Made by a program: the position numbers and the translations under genes. The notes beneath the pieces were generated by a model. The model ran no database searches, was not told the DNA's origin, and saw nothing but the letters and a program-made list of their open reading frames with translations. From contig CBDETK010000013.1 in assembly GCA_965242865.1 (NCBI GenBank), forward strand, positions 1,024,001 to 1,088,000: a stretch of DNA of 64,000 nt, in the 5' to 3' direction. This stretch comes from Candidatus Latescibacterota bacterium. GTDB taxonomy: Bacteria > Latescibacterota > UBA2968 > UBA8231. Positions 1 through 9,148 of the stretch are shown here, one piece after another; position 1 is the stretch's first letter; each line of letters starts with the position of its first letter.

Positions 1-980
1 TCATGGTAATCCACCTGCTTTCCTTCCCGCGCCGAGCGGTAGATGTTTTCCAACAGCGCTACGGTGCGGCGGCCCTCGCGGCCATCGACCCGCAGCGCGG
101 TTCCGTTTTCTAGGGCCGAGACCACGTCCTCGACGACATTAGTCAGCCGATTGGGCATGGCCAGCAGCTTCTCTTCCAGCCCATCGCCAAACACGCGCAT
201 CTCGCCCGACAGCACCGCGTCTAGCAGCACCCCTCCTTCGCTGCCGTGGACCTCGGCACTAAAGTACGGGCTGGCCGGAAAGGTTGTCGTGCCCAAGATG
301 CCGCCTTTGGCGCCGCTGGCGAAATTCAAGATGGCTTGGCCAATATCCTCGGTCTCAATGTCGTGGTTCATAATCGCGGTTTCGCCATAGACGGTCTTGG
401 GCACACCCATGAACCACAGCAGGAGATCGATCAGGTGCGAGCCTTGGTTGGCCAGCGACCCGCCGCCGTCCATCGCCCAAGTGCCGCGCCAGCCGCCGCC
501 GTGTTCAAAGTATTCCTGCGAGCGAAACCACTTAAAGCGCACTTCCCCGAGAATGGGCTGGCCCAACAGGCCCTGCTTGAGGGCCTCGGCCACTCGGTAG
601 TTGTTGGCCACGTAGCGGCTTTGGTAATCAACGCCGAGCAAGAGGCCGCCGGCGTCGGCCGCGGCGATCAATTCGTCGCAGGCTTTGGTGCTGACGTCCA
701 TGGGCTTAGTGGTGATTACGTGCTTGCCAGCATTGAGTGCTTGGACGCCGATTTGGGCGTGCAACCCGCTAGGCGTCATCACCAGCACGACATCGACATC
801 GCCCCGCCCCAGCGCGTCTTCCAAACGGACGCACCACGAGCACCCCATTTCCGCGCCGACTTGGCGGGCCAACTCCTCGTTGAGATCGACGACCACGCGC
901 AGCTCGGCCCCTTTGGTCTCGACCACTTGCCGGGCGCGGTTGCGCCCCATGCCCAGCCCTACAACAGCAAATCCGATCAT
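1..980 (-). CDS. Gfo/Idh/MocA family oxidoreductase (3' end runs off the window edge)
   Basis: Manual translation from ATG 980 gives MIGFAVVGLGMG...TPSGLH...GKHVITTKPMD...GGGSLANQGSHLIDL. GAGG SD upstream; the frame is open to position 1. Confidence 0.9.
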   Translation of the reverse strand, partial: MIGFAVVGLGMGRNRARQVVETKGAELRVVVDLNEELARQVGAEMGCSWCVRLEDALGRGDVDVVLVMTPSGLHAQIGVQALNAGKHVITTKPMDVSTKACDELIAAADAGGLLLGVDYQSRYVANNYRVAEALKQGLLGQPILGEVRFKWFRSQEYFEHGGGWRGTWAMDGGGSLANQGSHLIDLLLWFMGVPKTVYGETAIMNHDIETEDIGQAILNFASGAKGGILGTTTFPASPYFSAEVHGSEGGVLLDAVLSGEMRVFGDGLEEKLLAMPNRLTNVVEDVVSALENGTALRVDGREGRRTVALLENIYRSAREGKQVDYH

Positions 981-1055
981 GGAAAACCTCCTTTTATGAA
1001 TAAATGACTTGAAAGCATAGAATGTTCATCGACGCCGTCTTTTTTGCTACGAGGC

Positions 1056-1093
1056 GTCATTCCCGCAAACGCGGGAATCCAGTCTTGAATGAC
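1056..1093. repeat. REP-like palindrome GTCATTCCCGC-AAAC-GCGGGAATCCAG
   Basis: ATTCCCGC/GCGGGAAT inverted repeat; a related copy lies at 20993-21052 in the opposite orientation. Confidence 0.75.
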
Positions 1094-1223
1094 GTAAGAT
1101 TGCTGCTATATATCCAATTCATAAAAAACCTCCGTGAAACGGCTCGCTTTAGCGGGCAGAGGGATAGGAGTTGCTTTTTGTGACGGGCGCGAAAGCGTCC
1201 CTGAACAAAAGCAAATATAGCCC

Positions 1224-1252
1224 TTACGTAATGGATTATCGATCACTATACT
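1224..1252 (+). promoter_or_regulatory. Candidate tnpB promoter (possibly leaderless transcript)
   Basis: TTACGT-17 nt-TATACT, ending 7 nt before the tnpB ATG at 1260; identical in copy 2. Confidence 0.35.
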
Positions 1253-1259
1253 TAAGGGT

Positions 1260-2405
1260 ATGGAAACGATACGCACCCTTTCTTGTAAGCTCGCCGTTCC
1301 CCATCCAATCAAAGATCGGATTGAGGCTACGCTTGAAGCGTTTTCCCAAGCCTGCGACTTCGTTGCGGATTGGGGCAACGAGCACAAGAAGCATCGTCAA
1401 TACGACCTGCATAAAGGCTGCTATAAAGCGATACGCGCTGAGTTTGGGTTGTCGGCTAATCTTGCGGTTCGGGCCATTGCCCGGGTCGCGCCTCGACTGG
1501 CCAACACCAAGACGCGCCCCAGCCGCTTTAAGCCGACTTCGATTGACTACGATGCTCGGATTTTCAAGCTCGATGTGGAAAGCGAGACTGTGAGTATCCG
1601 CTTGCTTGATGGCCGGGTAACGCTGGCGATGCAACTCGGCGACTTCCAACGGCAGGCACTGGCGGGTCAAACCCCAACCAGTGCCACACTCAAGAAGGGG
1701 CGCAAGAACCGCTACTACTTGGATGTACAGGTGAAAGAGGATGCGCCCGCACCGCCTTCGGATGCGGATGTCAAGGCTACCCTCGGCGTTGATTTGGGCA
1801 TCCGTCACCTCGCCACTGATTCCGCAGGACACTAGTTTCAGGGAACAGACCTTGCTGACTATCGTTCGCACCGAGCCGATGTTCGGGCTTGGTTGCAAGC
1901 GAAGGCACATCGGGGCACCAAGGCAACGCGCAAAGCCTGCCGCCGTGCCCTTAAACGGCTTTCGGGTCGGGAGCGTCGTCACCAGAAACAGATCAACCAC
2001 GAGATTAGCAAACACTTGGTTTCCTTCGCATTGAAGCGAGGATTGGCCATTGTCTTTGAACAGCTCAAGGGCATCCGCGACCGCTGCCGGGTTCGCAAAG
2101 CGCACCGGCGGAGGTTGAACTCGTGGGCGTTTTACCAGTTGCAGCAGTTTGTTGAATACAAAGCCAAGCAGGCCGGGGTCCGCATGGTCTATATCGACCC
2201 GCGCTATACCTCTCAAACCTGCTCGAACTGTCTGCATATCGGGATACGACGCCAAGATGATTTCGCCTGCAAAGACTGTGGGCACCGTTCCCACGCCGAT
2301 CTCAATGCGGCACGGAACATTGCCCGCTGGGGCCTCGCTGTAATCCGAGGCGAATACTCCCTGCTCTCCTGCCCGCTCCCAAGCGGCGGAAGGGTGGGAG
2401 GGTAA
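1260..2405 (+). pseudogene. tnpB: TnpB RNA-guided nuclease interrupted by an in-frame TAG (1833-1835)
   Basis: Motifs LGVDLG, IVFEQL, YTSQTCSNC, CKDCG and HADLNAARNI. Copy 2 has CAG at the TAG position. Confidence 0.92.
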
Positions 2406-2456
2406 AGCGGACAGCGTTAGCTGTCAGTGCGATTACCAAGGCGTCTATCTGCTAGC
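2290..2456 (+). ncRNA. Predicted TnpB omega/reRNA (tnpB 3' end plus right end; guide from flank CAAGGCGTCTATCTGC...)
   Basis: Established TnpB architecture and the right-end hairpin; the 5' boundary is a guess. Confidence 0.4.
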
Positions 2457-3076
2457 CGCTCAAGGCGTTTCGCCTGAGTCAGAAGGGTTTGGCGCAACCC
2501 CAGCGAGACGTTCCTCTCGCTTATGAGCCGGGCCAAGCTGGCGATCGTACTGGCCCTTCTTGCTATTCTAACATCTGGATGTCGCTCCCTAGCGTAGATG
2601 TGCGCTGGTATTATCCTCGCTCGGTGCGATTTGGGTAACTCAACTAGTTCGGTCGGCGGTATATCTTCCTCGTTGAGAATCGCACCAATCGCAGATTCTT
2701 GCAGGAGCTTCTCAAATACGGTGTATTCCGCTTTGTCCATGAGAAGTTTGGCCTCTTTTTTCTCGTCAGTCGTCCGTGGCGAAATGTCAAAGAAGGGCCA
2801 AACTTCCACTTCTGCTACTTCTACCGGGTCAAGGACGAATTTACCCACCGCATCACTCCTTCTTCCCGTGAGATGGCGACCAATCCGCCCCCGGACCTTC
2901 TCAATGGTCTGCCCGACATAGATGGGCTCCCCCTCATAGTCGTAGAATGCGTAGATACCGCAAAAGGCATTGCCAATTTTGCGTCCTTGCTCGTCTTCCG
3001 TGTCGTAAAATTTCTTTATCTCTTCTTGAATGTCCCTGACATCTTGTGGGGACGATTGCTTGGTTCTTTGAGCCAT
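2417..3076 (-). CDS. GIY-YIG nuclease, putative restriction endonuclease; last codons and stop come from the IS right end
   Basis: GIYAFYDYEGEPIYVGQT...RIGRHL motif; start overlaps the methyltransferase stop. Confidence 0.85.
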   Translation of the reverse strand: MAQRTKQSSPQDVRDIQEEIKKFYDTEDEQGRKIGNAFCGIYAFYDYEGEPIYVGQTIEKVRGRIGRHLTGRRSDAVGKFVLDPVEVAEVEVWPFFDISPRTTDEKKEAKLLMDKAEYTVFEKLLQESAIGAILNEEDIPPTELVELPKSHRARIIPAHIYARERHPDVRIARRASTIASLARLISERNVSLGLRQTLLTQAKRLERLADRRLGNRTDS

Positions 3077-4197
3077 TATGCTTTTACCTCACTCAACTCA
3101 TCAACCACCGGATTGAGATAATGTCGGGCTATCCACTCGACAGCCGATACGCATACGGCGTCGCCAAAACCAAATAGAGCTCTGTTCAATGGTAAGTCTG
3201 GACGGAGCGTGAATTCATCGGCCCCCATTAGGCGGGCGCATTCCCGCGGCGTAAGCAGACGGACGGCATACGCCCCGTGGCCGCCGCGAAAAAGAATTTG
3301 TCGGCCGCTGCCACCCCGCGGCGTTCGCAAACATCCGGCGATACCATCGGTGCGTAGTTCGGCCATGGATCGCTTGTTCCGCACCCGGCGAAAGACCGTG
3401 CCATAAGAATACTTTTTGCCAGCGATCATTTTTTCGGCTATCGCCCGGTGCCGTTGGCTCATCTGGTTCAGCAGGTACTCGGCTCGTTCCTTGCTCCACC
3501 ATTCCTCAACCTCATCCGGCAAGTCTTCGAGCACATCTTCAAGCGTCTGGTCGTTGCCAGTAATTTCTGGCAGCTCCCGAATATGCCATGCCAGTTCGGG
3601 GTGGGTGGCCATAAAATGGGCGAGAGCCTTAGGCCGAGTTTGGCTCGCGATGAGTGCCGGTTCAAGCAGTGCAGGGCCTTTTCGTTTTCCTTGAACGCCC
3701 ACCACAAAGATCCTTGGCCGGCTTTGCGGAACAAACCACGCCGCATTGAGGATAAAGGCATCCACTTGGTAGCCTAGATCGTTCAGGGCCTGTAAGGCAC
3801 AGCGCAAGTCCTCGCCTTTGTGGGAGGTCAAAAAGCCGAGGACATTTTCCAAAAGCACTATCGCCGGCCGGCGCTCGTCCATTTTTTTCAAGACCTTCAC
3901 AAACCCCCAAAAGGCAGAAGACGCTTTGCCGTTTAGCCCCTGTCTGGCCCCGGCAAGCGAGAGATCATTGCAGGGAAAAGAGGCCGTAGCAAGAGTGACC
4001 GACGGCAGCCAAGCCCCTTCCACGTCGTGAATGTCTCCGACGACAAAATGCTCGTCGGCATCCGCGAAGTGGGCCTTGTACATCGCATGCTTTTCCTCGT
4101 CGATATCATTGGCCCAAGCTATATTCCATCCCGCGCGTTCAAGGCCCATTCTCATCAGACCGATACCGGCAAAAAACTCGGCAACCGTTTTTTCCAT
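3076..4197 (-). CDS. DNA (cytosine-5)-methyltransferase
   Basis: EFFAGIG (motif I), SFPCNDLS (IV), LENV (VI), QSRPRIF (VIII), RLLTPRECARLMG, FGDAV (X). Confidence 0.95.
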   Translation of the reverse strand: MEKTVAEFFAGIGLMRMGLERAGWNIAWANDIDEEKHAMYKAHFADADEHFVVGDIHDVEGAWLPSVTLATASFPCNDLSLAGARQGLNGKASSAFWGFVKVLKKMDERRPAIVLLENVLGFLTSHKGEDLRCALQALNDLGYQVDAFILNAAWFVPQSRPRIFVVGVQGKRKGPALLEPALIASQTRPKALAHFMATHPELAWHIRELPEITGNDQTLEDVLEDLPDEVEEWWSKERAEYLLNQMSQRHRAIAEKMIAGKKYSYGTVFRRVRNKRSMAELRTDGIAGCLRTPRGGSGRQILFRGGHGAYAVRLLTPRECARLMGADEFTLRPDLPLNRALFGFGDAVCVSAVEWIARHYLNPVVDELSEVKA

Positions 4198-4247
4198 GGC
4201 GATTTCGCTAGCTCCTCTCCAATGGTCGCTTTCGCCTGAGTCGCCCG

Positions 4248-5876
4248 TCAATCCTCCACCACGTGCAATCGCTGGTTGGCGGCCACATCTTCGAGCACTT
4301 GCACGCCCCCGGCCGGCCAGTGAATTTCCAGCCGCTCAACGCGCTCTGCCGTGCCCAAGCCAAACACCGGGTCGCGCTGGCTGGTCGAGAGAAAGCCCGA
4401 CCCCGCCTTTACTTCCCGGACCTGCCCCTGTCCACCGGCCCATAAATACAGGCGAGCACCGATGCCGTCGCGGTTGCTGTGGCGGCCCTTTAGCGCGACC
4501 GCGAGATAGTGGCCCCCAGTGCCGTCGTTGCGCAGCAGGGCGAAGCGGCGGCCGTTGTTGACGAGGGCAATGTCCAAGTCGCCGTCTTGGTCGATGTCGC
4601 CAAAGGAGGAACCGCGCACCACGTACCAAGCGGCAAAACCCGGGCCGCTCTCAGCGGTCACTTCGCGGAAGACGCCCGCGCCCCGATTGCGAAAGAGCTG
4701 GGCCTGTTGGGCGTAGGTCACCAATTGGTCGTATTCCTCAATGTTGTCGTGGACATGGCCGTTGCCCACAAACAGGTCGAGCTGTCCGTCGTGGTCCGCG
4801 TCGAAAAACCCCGTGCCAAAACCGAGGTAGCTCAGGCTGAGATCGCCGAGGCCGGCCTTGAAGCTGATCTCGGAGTAAAACGAGCCGTCGTTGCGATACA
4901 GCCCGTTGTTTTCCAACTGGTAGTTGGTGACGAAGAGGTCGAGGTCGCTGTCTTGGTCTATGTCGCCGGCATCGACGCCCATGCCCGCTTGGCTGGCCCC
5001 GTCGGCGCTCAGCGCGGTCCCGGCCAGCAAGCCGGTCTCGGCAAAGGAGCCGTCGCCTTGGTTGACGTAGTGGAAATTGGGCGTCAGATCGTTGGCCACG
5101 TATAGGTCGGGGTCGCCGTCTCCGTCAAAGTCGCCCGCCACCGCGCCCAACCCATTGCCGGCGTGCTCAATACCCGCTTGGCGGCTCACCTCGGAAAAGA
5201 CGCCGTGGCCCTCATTGCGGTAGAGGATGTCCTCGGTAGGCGCAAAGACCCTCGGGTCGCAGTAGAAGCGCAAGCCCAAATCCTCGCGGCCGCACCAAGG
5301 CTGTTCGCCCAAGGCAAAGCGGACGTATTGCGCGGCAAAGAGGTCGAGATCGCCGTCGAGATCGTAGTCGAATGCAACCGCGCTGGTGGTCCATCCCGGG
5401 TGGCCGAGCCCGGCCGCGACCGTCGCATCCACATAGCCTCCCTCAACGCGCCGGTAGAGCTGATCCGGCCCCCACGCCGTCAGGTAGAGGTCGGGGCCGC
5501 CGTCGCCATCGTAGTCGGCCGCCGTAACCCCCATGCCGTAGGACGTGCCGGGCGCGCCGGCGGCACTGTCCAGCCGCGCAAAGGCGCGTCCATCGTTGCG
5601 AAAGAGCTGGTTGGAGGCCGTGCCCCGCCCCCGCTCCAAGTCCCCGCTGTTGACCAAGTACAAATCCCAATCGCTGTCCGCGTCGTAGTCGAGAAAGGCA
5701 CTGCCGGCGCCATTGGTCTCGGGCAGGTTCTTGGCGGGCGAGGCCCCGTTGTCGTGGACGAAGTCAATGCCCAATTCGCGGGCGACCTCCACGAAGTGGG
5801 GCTGCCCATAGCTGGTGGCCGCCAGCAGGAGCACGAGGAGCAGGCCCCCCCTGCTATCCCCTGAGCAGCGGCTCAA
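4248..5876 (-). CDS. CRTAC1 / ASPIC-UnbV family FG-GAP repeat secreted protein
   Basis: Repeated DYDxDGDxDL motifs and a C-terminal ASPIC/UnbV domain (NRDGIGARL...FGLG...EIHWP). Start moved to TTG 5876, ahead of the signal peptide. Confidence 0.9.
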   Translation of the reverse strand: MSRCSGDSRGGLLLVLLLAATSYGQPHFVEVARELGIDFVHDNGASPAKNLPETNGAGSAFLDYDADSDWDLYLVNSGDLERGRGTASNQLFRNDGRAFARLDSAAGAPGTSYGMGVTAADYDGDGGPDLYLTAWGPDQLYRRVEGGYVDATVAAGLGHPGWTTSAVAFDYDLDGDLDLFAAQYVRFALGEQPWCGREDLGLRFYCDPRVFAPTEDILYRNEGHGVFSEVSRQAGIEHAGNGLGAVAGDFDGDGDPDLYVANDLTPNFHYVNQGDGSFAETGLLAGTALSADGASQAGMGVDAGDIDQDSDLDLFVTNYQLENNGLYRNDGSFYSEISFKAGLGDLSLSYLGFGTGFFDADHDGQLDLFVGNGHVHDNIEEYDQLVTYAQQAQLFRNRGAGVFREVTAESGPGFAAWYVVRGSSFGDIDQDGDLDIALVNNGRRFALLRNDGTGGHYLAVALKGRHSNRDGIGARLYLWAGGQGQVREVKAGSGFLSTSQRDPVFGLGTAERVERLEIHWPAGGVQVLEDVAANQRLHVVED

Positions 5877-6714
5877 TATGGTCTTTGGCGCGCAGCAAGC
5901 CTTCCTGTTGCAGCTCGGGCGTCTGCCAGAAGTAGTGGTCTTCGAGTTCCACCGAGAGCACGCCGTCGTACCCCACGTCCTCGAGCCGGCGCAGTACAAA
6001 GTTCCAATCCACTTCGCCCTCCCCGGGAATGGTATAGCGCCACCAACCCTCGCCACATACGTACGTCGAGCTATACGCCTCGCCCAAGTTGCCGGATTCG
6101 TAGAGCTTTTCCGGCATGATCTCGGTATCCTTGAGATGGACGTGTCGCACGCGGTCGCCAAACTCGTGCAAGAGCCGCTGATAGTCTATCTGCAAGCGCA
6201 CGAAGTGGGAGGGGTCGTAACAAAGACCCAGCCGCGGCGATGGGCAGGCCGCAAAAATCAAGCGCAGGCTCTCGGGCGAGCAGCCCAGATTGGGATAGTG
6301 GGGCCGACCGCCCGGCCACGGTTCAATGGCGATGTTGACGCCCACCTTCTCGGCGTGGGCCACGACTCGGGGATAGACCTTGGCAAAAATTGCAAAGGTC
6401 TCGGCCTTGGACATGCTGGGGTCGTCCGGGGCGAGCACCGTAAAGAGCGTGTGGCCGCCGTACCGGGCGATCGCGCTCAAGCTCTTCTTAATTTCGCTCA
6501 AGCCCTTGCGGCGCTGGGCCGCGTCGCGGGTGAGGACTTGGCCGCTGCCGTCGGCCGTGCCGAGGGCCAAGCCGAGCTGCTCGCAGGTGCGGGCGATCGG
6601 GCGAGTCAACGGCGGGGTATCGACCGCGCCAAAACCGTGCTCGGCCAACCACGCGGCATAGGCGTCAAAGCCGATTTGACGGGAGAATGGGGGCATGCGA
6701 GTGCCAATTTTCAT
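5854..6714 (-). CDS. Sugar phosphate isomerase/epimerase (xylose isomerase-like TIM barrel)
   Basis: IAIEP, YDPSH, HVHLKD, PGEGEVDW and SVELED motifs. Confidence 0.9.
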   Translation of the reverse strand: MKIGTRMPPFSRQIGFDAYAAWLAEHGFGAVDTPPLTRPIARTCEQLGLALGTADGSGQVLTRDAAQRRKGLSEIKKSLSAIARYGGHTLFTVLAPDDPSMSKAETFAIFAKVYPRVVAHAEKVGVNIAIEPWPGGRPHYPNLGCSPESLRLIFAACPSPRLGLCYDPSHFVRLQIDYQRLLHEFGDRVRHVHLKDTEIMPEKLYESGNLGEAYSSTYVCGEGWWRYTIPGEGEVDWNFVLRRLEDVGYDGVLSVELEDHYFWQTPELQQEGLLRAKDHIEPLLRG

Positions 6715-6830
6715 GGAGTTCCCTTCTTTATGGGGTTGGAAATGACGGCCATCCACCAATGGGCGCGGACCGGCGCGTAGGTTGACGGCTCGTGGGCGCG
6801 TAGTAGCTCGCCCGGCGGGTGCTGCAAAAA

Positions 6831-7046
6831 TTAGTTCAGCACCTTTAGGAGAATGGTTATTTGCAAGCCGACAATGCCAAACAGGATGCCAATAATCCAC
6901 CGGTGGCTTGCGCGAAGTTCAGCGCGCAACTCGGCTACGGCTCGCTCAAGGGTGTCCAAGCGGCGGTCTAACTGCTCGGCAATCCCTTCTAACCGTCCAA
7001 TGCGGCGGTCGTGGTCTTGTGCTTGGGTTAGAGGGTGTTCGGTCAT
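6831..7046 (-). CDS. Small coiled-coil protein with C-terminal TM helix (DUF1640/XhlA-like architecture)
   Basis: GGAGG SD; heptad pattern followed by WIIGILFGIVGLQITILL. Confidence 0.75.
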   Translation of the reverse strand: MTEHPLTQAQDHDRRIGRLEGIAEQLDRRLDTLERAVAELRAELRASHRWIIGILFGIVGLQITILLKVLN

Positions 7047-7134
7047 CTGTTCCTCCGTTGGCTGTGGCTGGGATTTTCAAGGACCGGCTGAAATGTCGGG
7101 CTTTAGCGCGGCGGTTGCAATGATGCGCGCCGGA

Positions 7135-8247
7135 TTAAGCCGGGGCGCGGCCTTGCTTGGCTGGATCGACCCACTGGGTCACGATCAGCGAGACAAAAGC
7201 GAGGAGGGCGCCGCTGATAAAAATGACCTCGTAGCCAAAGAAAAGCCACGCGTACCCCCCGACTAGGGGCGCGGCCACGGCCGCCACGTGGTTCATGGTC
7301 ACCCCCATGGACAGGGTGGGTTTGAGTTCGTCGGGGGGCGCGATTTTGTGGGCGTAGGTCGTGAGCGCGATCCCGCCGAAGAAGATGAGGTTGTCGAGGC
7401 AATAGAGCGCGTACAGACTCGGCCGGTGCTCCACGAACGCATAGCCCAAAAAGACCAAGACCAACACGCTGTAACTGAGCGTGAGCATCCGCCGCTCGCC
7501 AAAGCGATCGACCAATCGGCCCATCCACGCAGCCGTCAAGGTAATGAGCGTTTGGTTGATCAACACCAAGACCATAGTCGTCTCCACCGGCATCCCGTGT
7601 ACTTTCACCAAGGCAAAAATGGCAAAGGTGATGAACATCTGCTTGCGCAGGCCCTGGAGGAAATTCAGGGCGTAGTAGAGTGCATAACGCCGCTTGAGCA
7701 CCCAGCGCTTCTCGCCGGCCGGCGCGTCTTGGTTGTCGGCCCAAAACAGGGCCAAGCCCCCGGCGGCCGTACACGCCCCGGCCAAGACGAAAACCCCTTC
7801 GTAGCGCAAAAACTCCAGCCCCAGCATGCACCCGCCAATGGCCGCTAGCCATGCCAAGCTGCTGATGCTGCGCAATTGCCCCAGCCAGCGGCCCTTGTCT
7901 GCGGTCGGGCCGTAGGTCAGGCCCATGCTCTGCTCGAGCGGGAGCCAGCAGTGAAAGCCCAAGCTCCACACCAGCGAGAACGAGGCCAGCATAAAGACCG
8001 AGGACACCTCCGCGTACGCGGCCAGCCCGACGCCCATCACCACCAGCGCAATGGCCGCGACTTTTGGCGGGGTGCAGCGGATAATCAGCACTAAGAAGAA
8101 CGCGTTGAGAAAACCAGGGACTTCGCGCAGGGCCTCGACGTAGCCCAATTCGTGCGGCTCAATGCCTAGCCGCTCCACGACGAAGTTGTTGAACAGGGTC
8201 AGTTGCACCCCGAAGAACACCCCCGTCCCGGCCACGGCCACGGCCAA
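7135..8247 (-). CDS. MFS transporter (start may lie further upstream)
   Basis: Many TM helices and MFS motif A (GRLVDRFGERR). Confidence 0.88.
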   Translation of the reverse strand: MAVAVAGTGVFFGVQLTLFNNFVVERLGIEPHELGYVEALREVPGFLNAFFLVLIIRCTPPKVAAIALVVMGVGLAAYAEVSSVFMLASFSLVWSLGFHCWLPLEQSMGLTYGPTADKGRWLGQLRSISSLAWLAAIGGCMLGLEFLRYEGVFVLAGACTAAGGLALFWADNQDAPAGEKRWVLKRRYALYYALNFLQGLRKQMFITFAIFALVKVHGMPVETTMVLVLINQTLITLTAAWMGRLVDRFGERRMLTLSYSVLVLVFLGYAFVEHRPSLYALYCLDNLIFFGGIALTTYAHKIAPPDELKPTLSMGVTMNHVAAVAAPLVGGYAWLFFGYEVIFISGALLAFVSLIVTQWVDPAKQGRAPA

Positions 8248-8404
8248 GAGCGCGAAGTTTTTATTCCATTCGGCAAAAGGATTGGTGATGATCGCCCCCT
8301 TGTTGAGGTGAATTCAAGTGTGCTTGTGCCTTCCCTTGACGCATCGCCAGGCAGCCGTTAAGCTACCGGCCCCAACCCACGCAACGGAGAAGGAGATTGG
8401 TACC

Positions 8405-9148
8405 ATGGCCGACGAGCGCGTCTTTATTGGCGACCTGACCCGCCGGGAATTCCGCGAGCGCATTCAAGCCGGCACGATCCAAGCCGCGATTGTGCCCACC
8501 GCCGCCACTGAACAGCACAACGAACACCTGCAGATGATCCACGACACCTTCCACGCCAGCTACATGGCCGAGCACGCGGCCAAAAAGCTCCGGCCCCACG
8601 TGGTGGTCGCTACGCCGGTGGGCATCGGCGTTTCCGAGCACTGGATGGAGCACATCGGCACCTTGACCGTGCGGCCGGAAATTTTCTGCGAATACGTCTT
8701 CGATGTCTGCCATTCGCTGGCGCGGGCCGGCATTGACAACATCTTGGTGCTCAACGGCCACGGCGGCAACGTCAAACCCATGATGCGCCGCCTCGACGAA
8801 TACCGAGAAAAACTCGGCGTCAACCTCCGCTTCCAGTCCTATTGGGACGTGTATGACCCCGACTTGGTGCAGCAATACATGGAGCGGGGCCGCCTGCCCG
8901 GGCACGCCGACGAGTTCGAGACCTCGACCATGCTTTACCTCGCGCCCGAGCGCGTGCAGCCCGAGGCTATTGACAACCCGGCCGCGGCCTTGGGCACCCG
9001 CGCCAAGGGCGAGGCCCTCGTGGGACCGGCCGTGGACGGGGTCGCCGCGCTGTTGCAGCAAATGATCGCCGGCCAAGCAATCGACCTGCCGCCGGTGACC
9101 TTCTATCCCGAGGGCAAGCGCAACCTCGTCACCGGCGAGCCGGTTTGA
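8405..9148 (+). CDS. Creatininase family amidohydrolase
   Basis: ATEQHNEHL, NGHGGN and GHADEFETS motifs; AGGAG SD before ATG 8405. Confidence 0.92.
   Translation: MADERVFIGDLTRREFRERIQAGTIQAAIVPTAATEQHNEHLQMIHDTFHASYMAEHAAKKLRPHVVVATPVGIGVSEHWMEHIGTLTVRPEIFCEYVFDVCHSLARAGIDNILVLNGHGGNVKPMMRRLDEYREKLGVNLRFQSYWDVYDPDLVQQYMERGRLPGHADEFETSTMLYLAPERVQPEAIDNPAAALGTRAKGEALVGPAVDGVAALLQQMIAGQAIDLPPVTFYPEGKRNLVTGEPV

Larger units (their letters stand above)
1123..2436 (+). mobile_element. IS200/IS605 family, IS1341-type (tnpB only) element, copy 1
   Basis: Ends defined by alignment with copy 2: identity starts at TCAT|AAAAAACC and stops after GCGATTAC. Subterminal hairpins GCTCGC-TTTA-GCGGGC (left) and GACAGC-GTTA-GCTGTC (right). 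No target duplication. Confidence 0.93.

Noticed and set aside
246-1007. Plus-strand ORFs of 253 aa and shorter
   Set aside because: Antisense shadows of the minus-strand Gfo/Idh/MocA gene, which the ORF track missed because it runs off the edge.
1123-1259. IStron (group I intron) or tnpA in the IS left part
   Set aside because: Only 137 bp precede tnpB, with no intron core and no HUH/Y1 transposase ORF.
1236-2294. 352-aa antisense ORF inside the IS
   Set aside because: Mirror frame of tnpB with no recognisable motifs; such shadows are common in GC-rich DNA.
5876-6161. N-terminal extension of the 637-aa ORF
   Set aside because: It overlaps the isomerase gene; the signal peptide places the true start near 5876.
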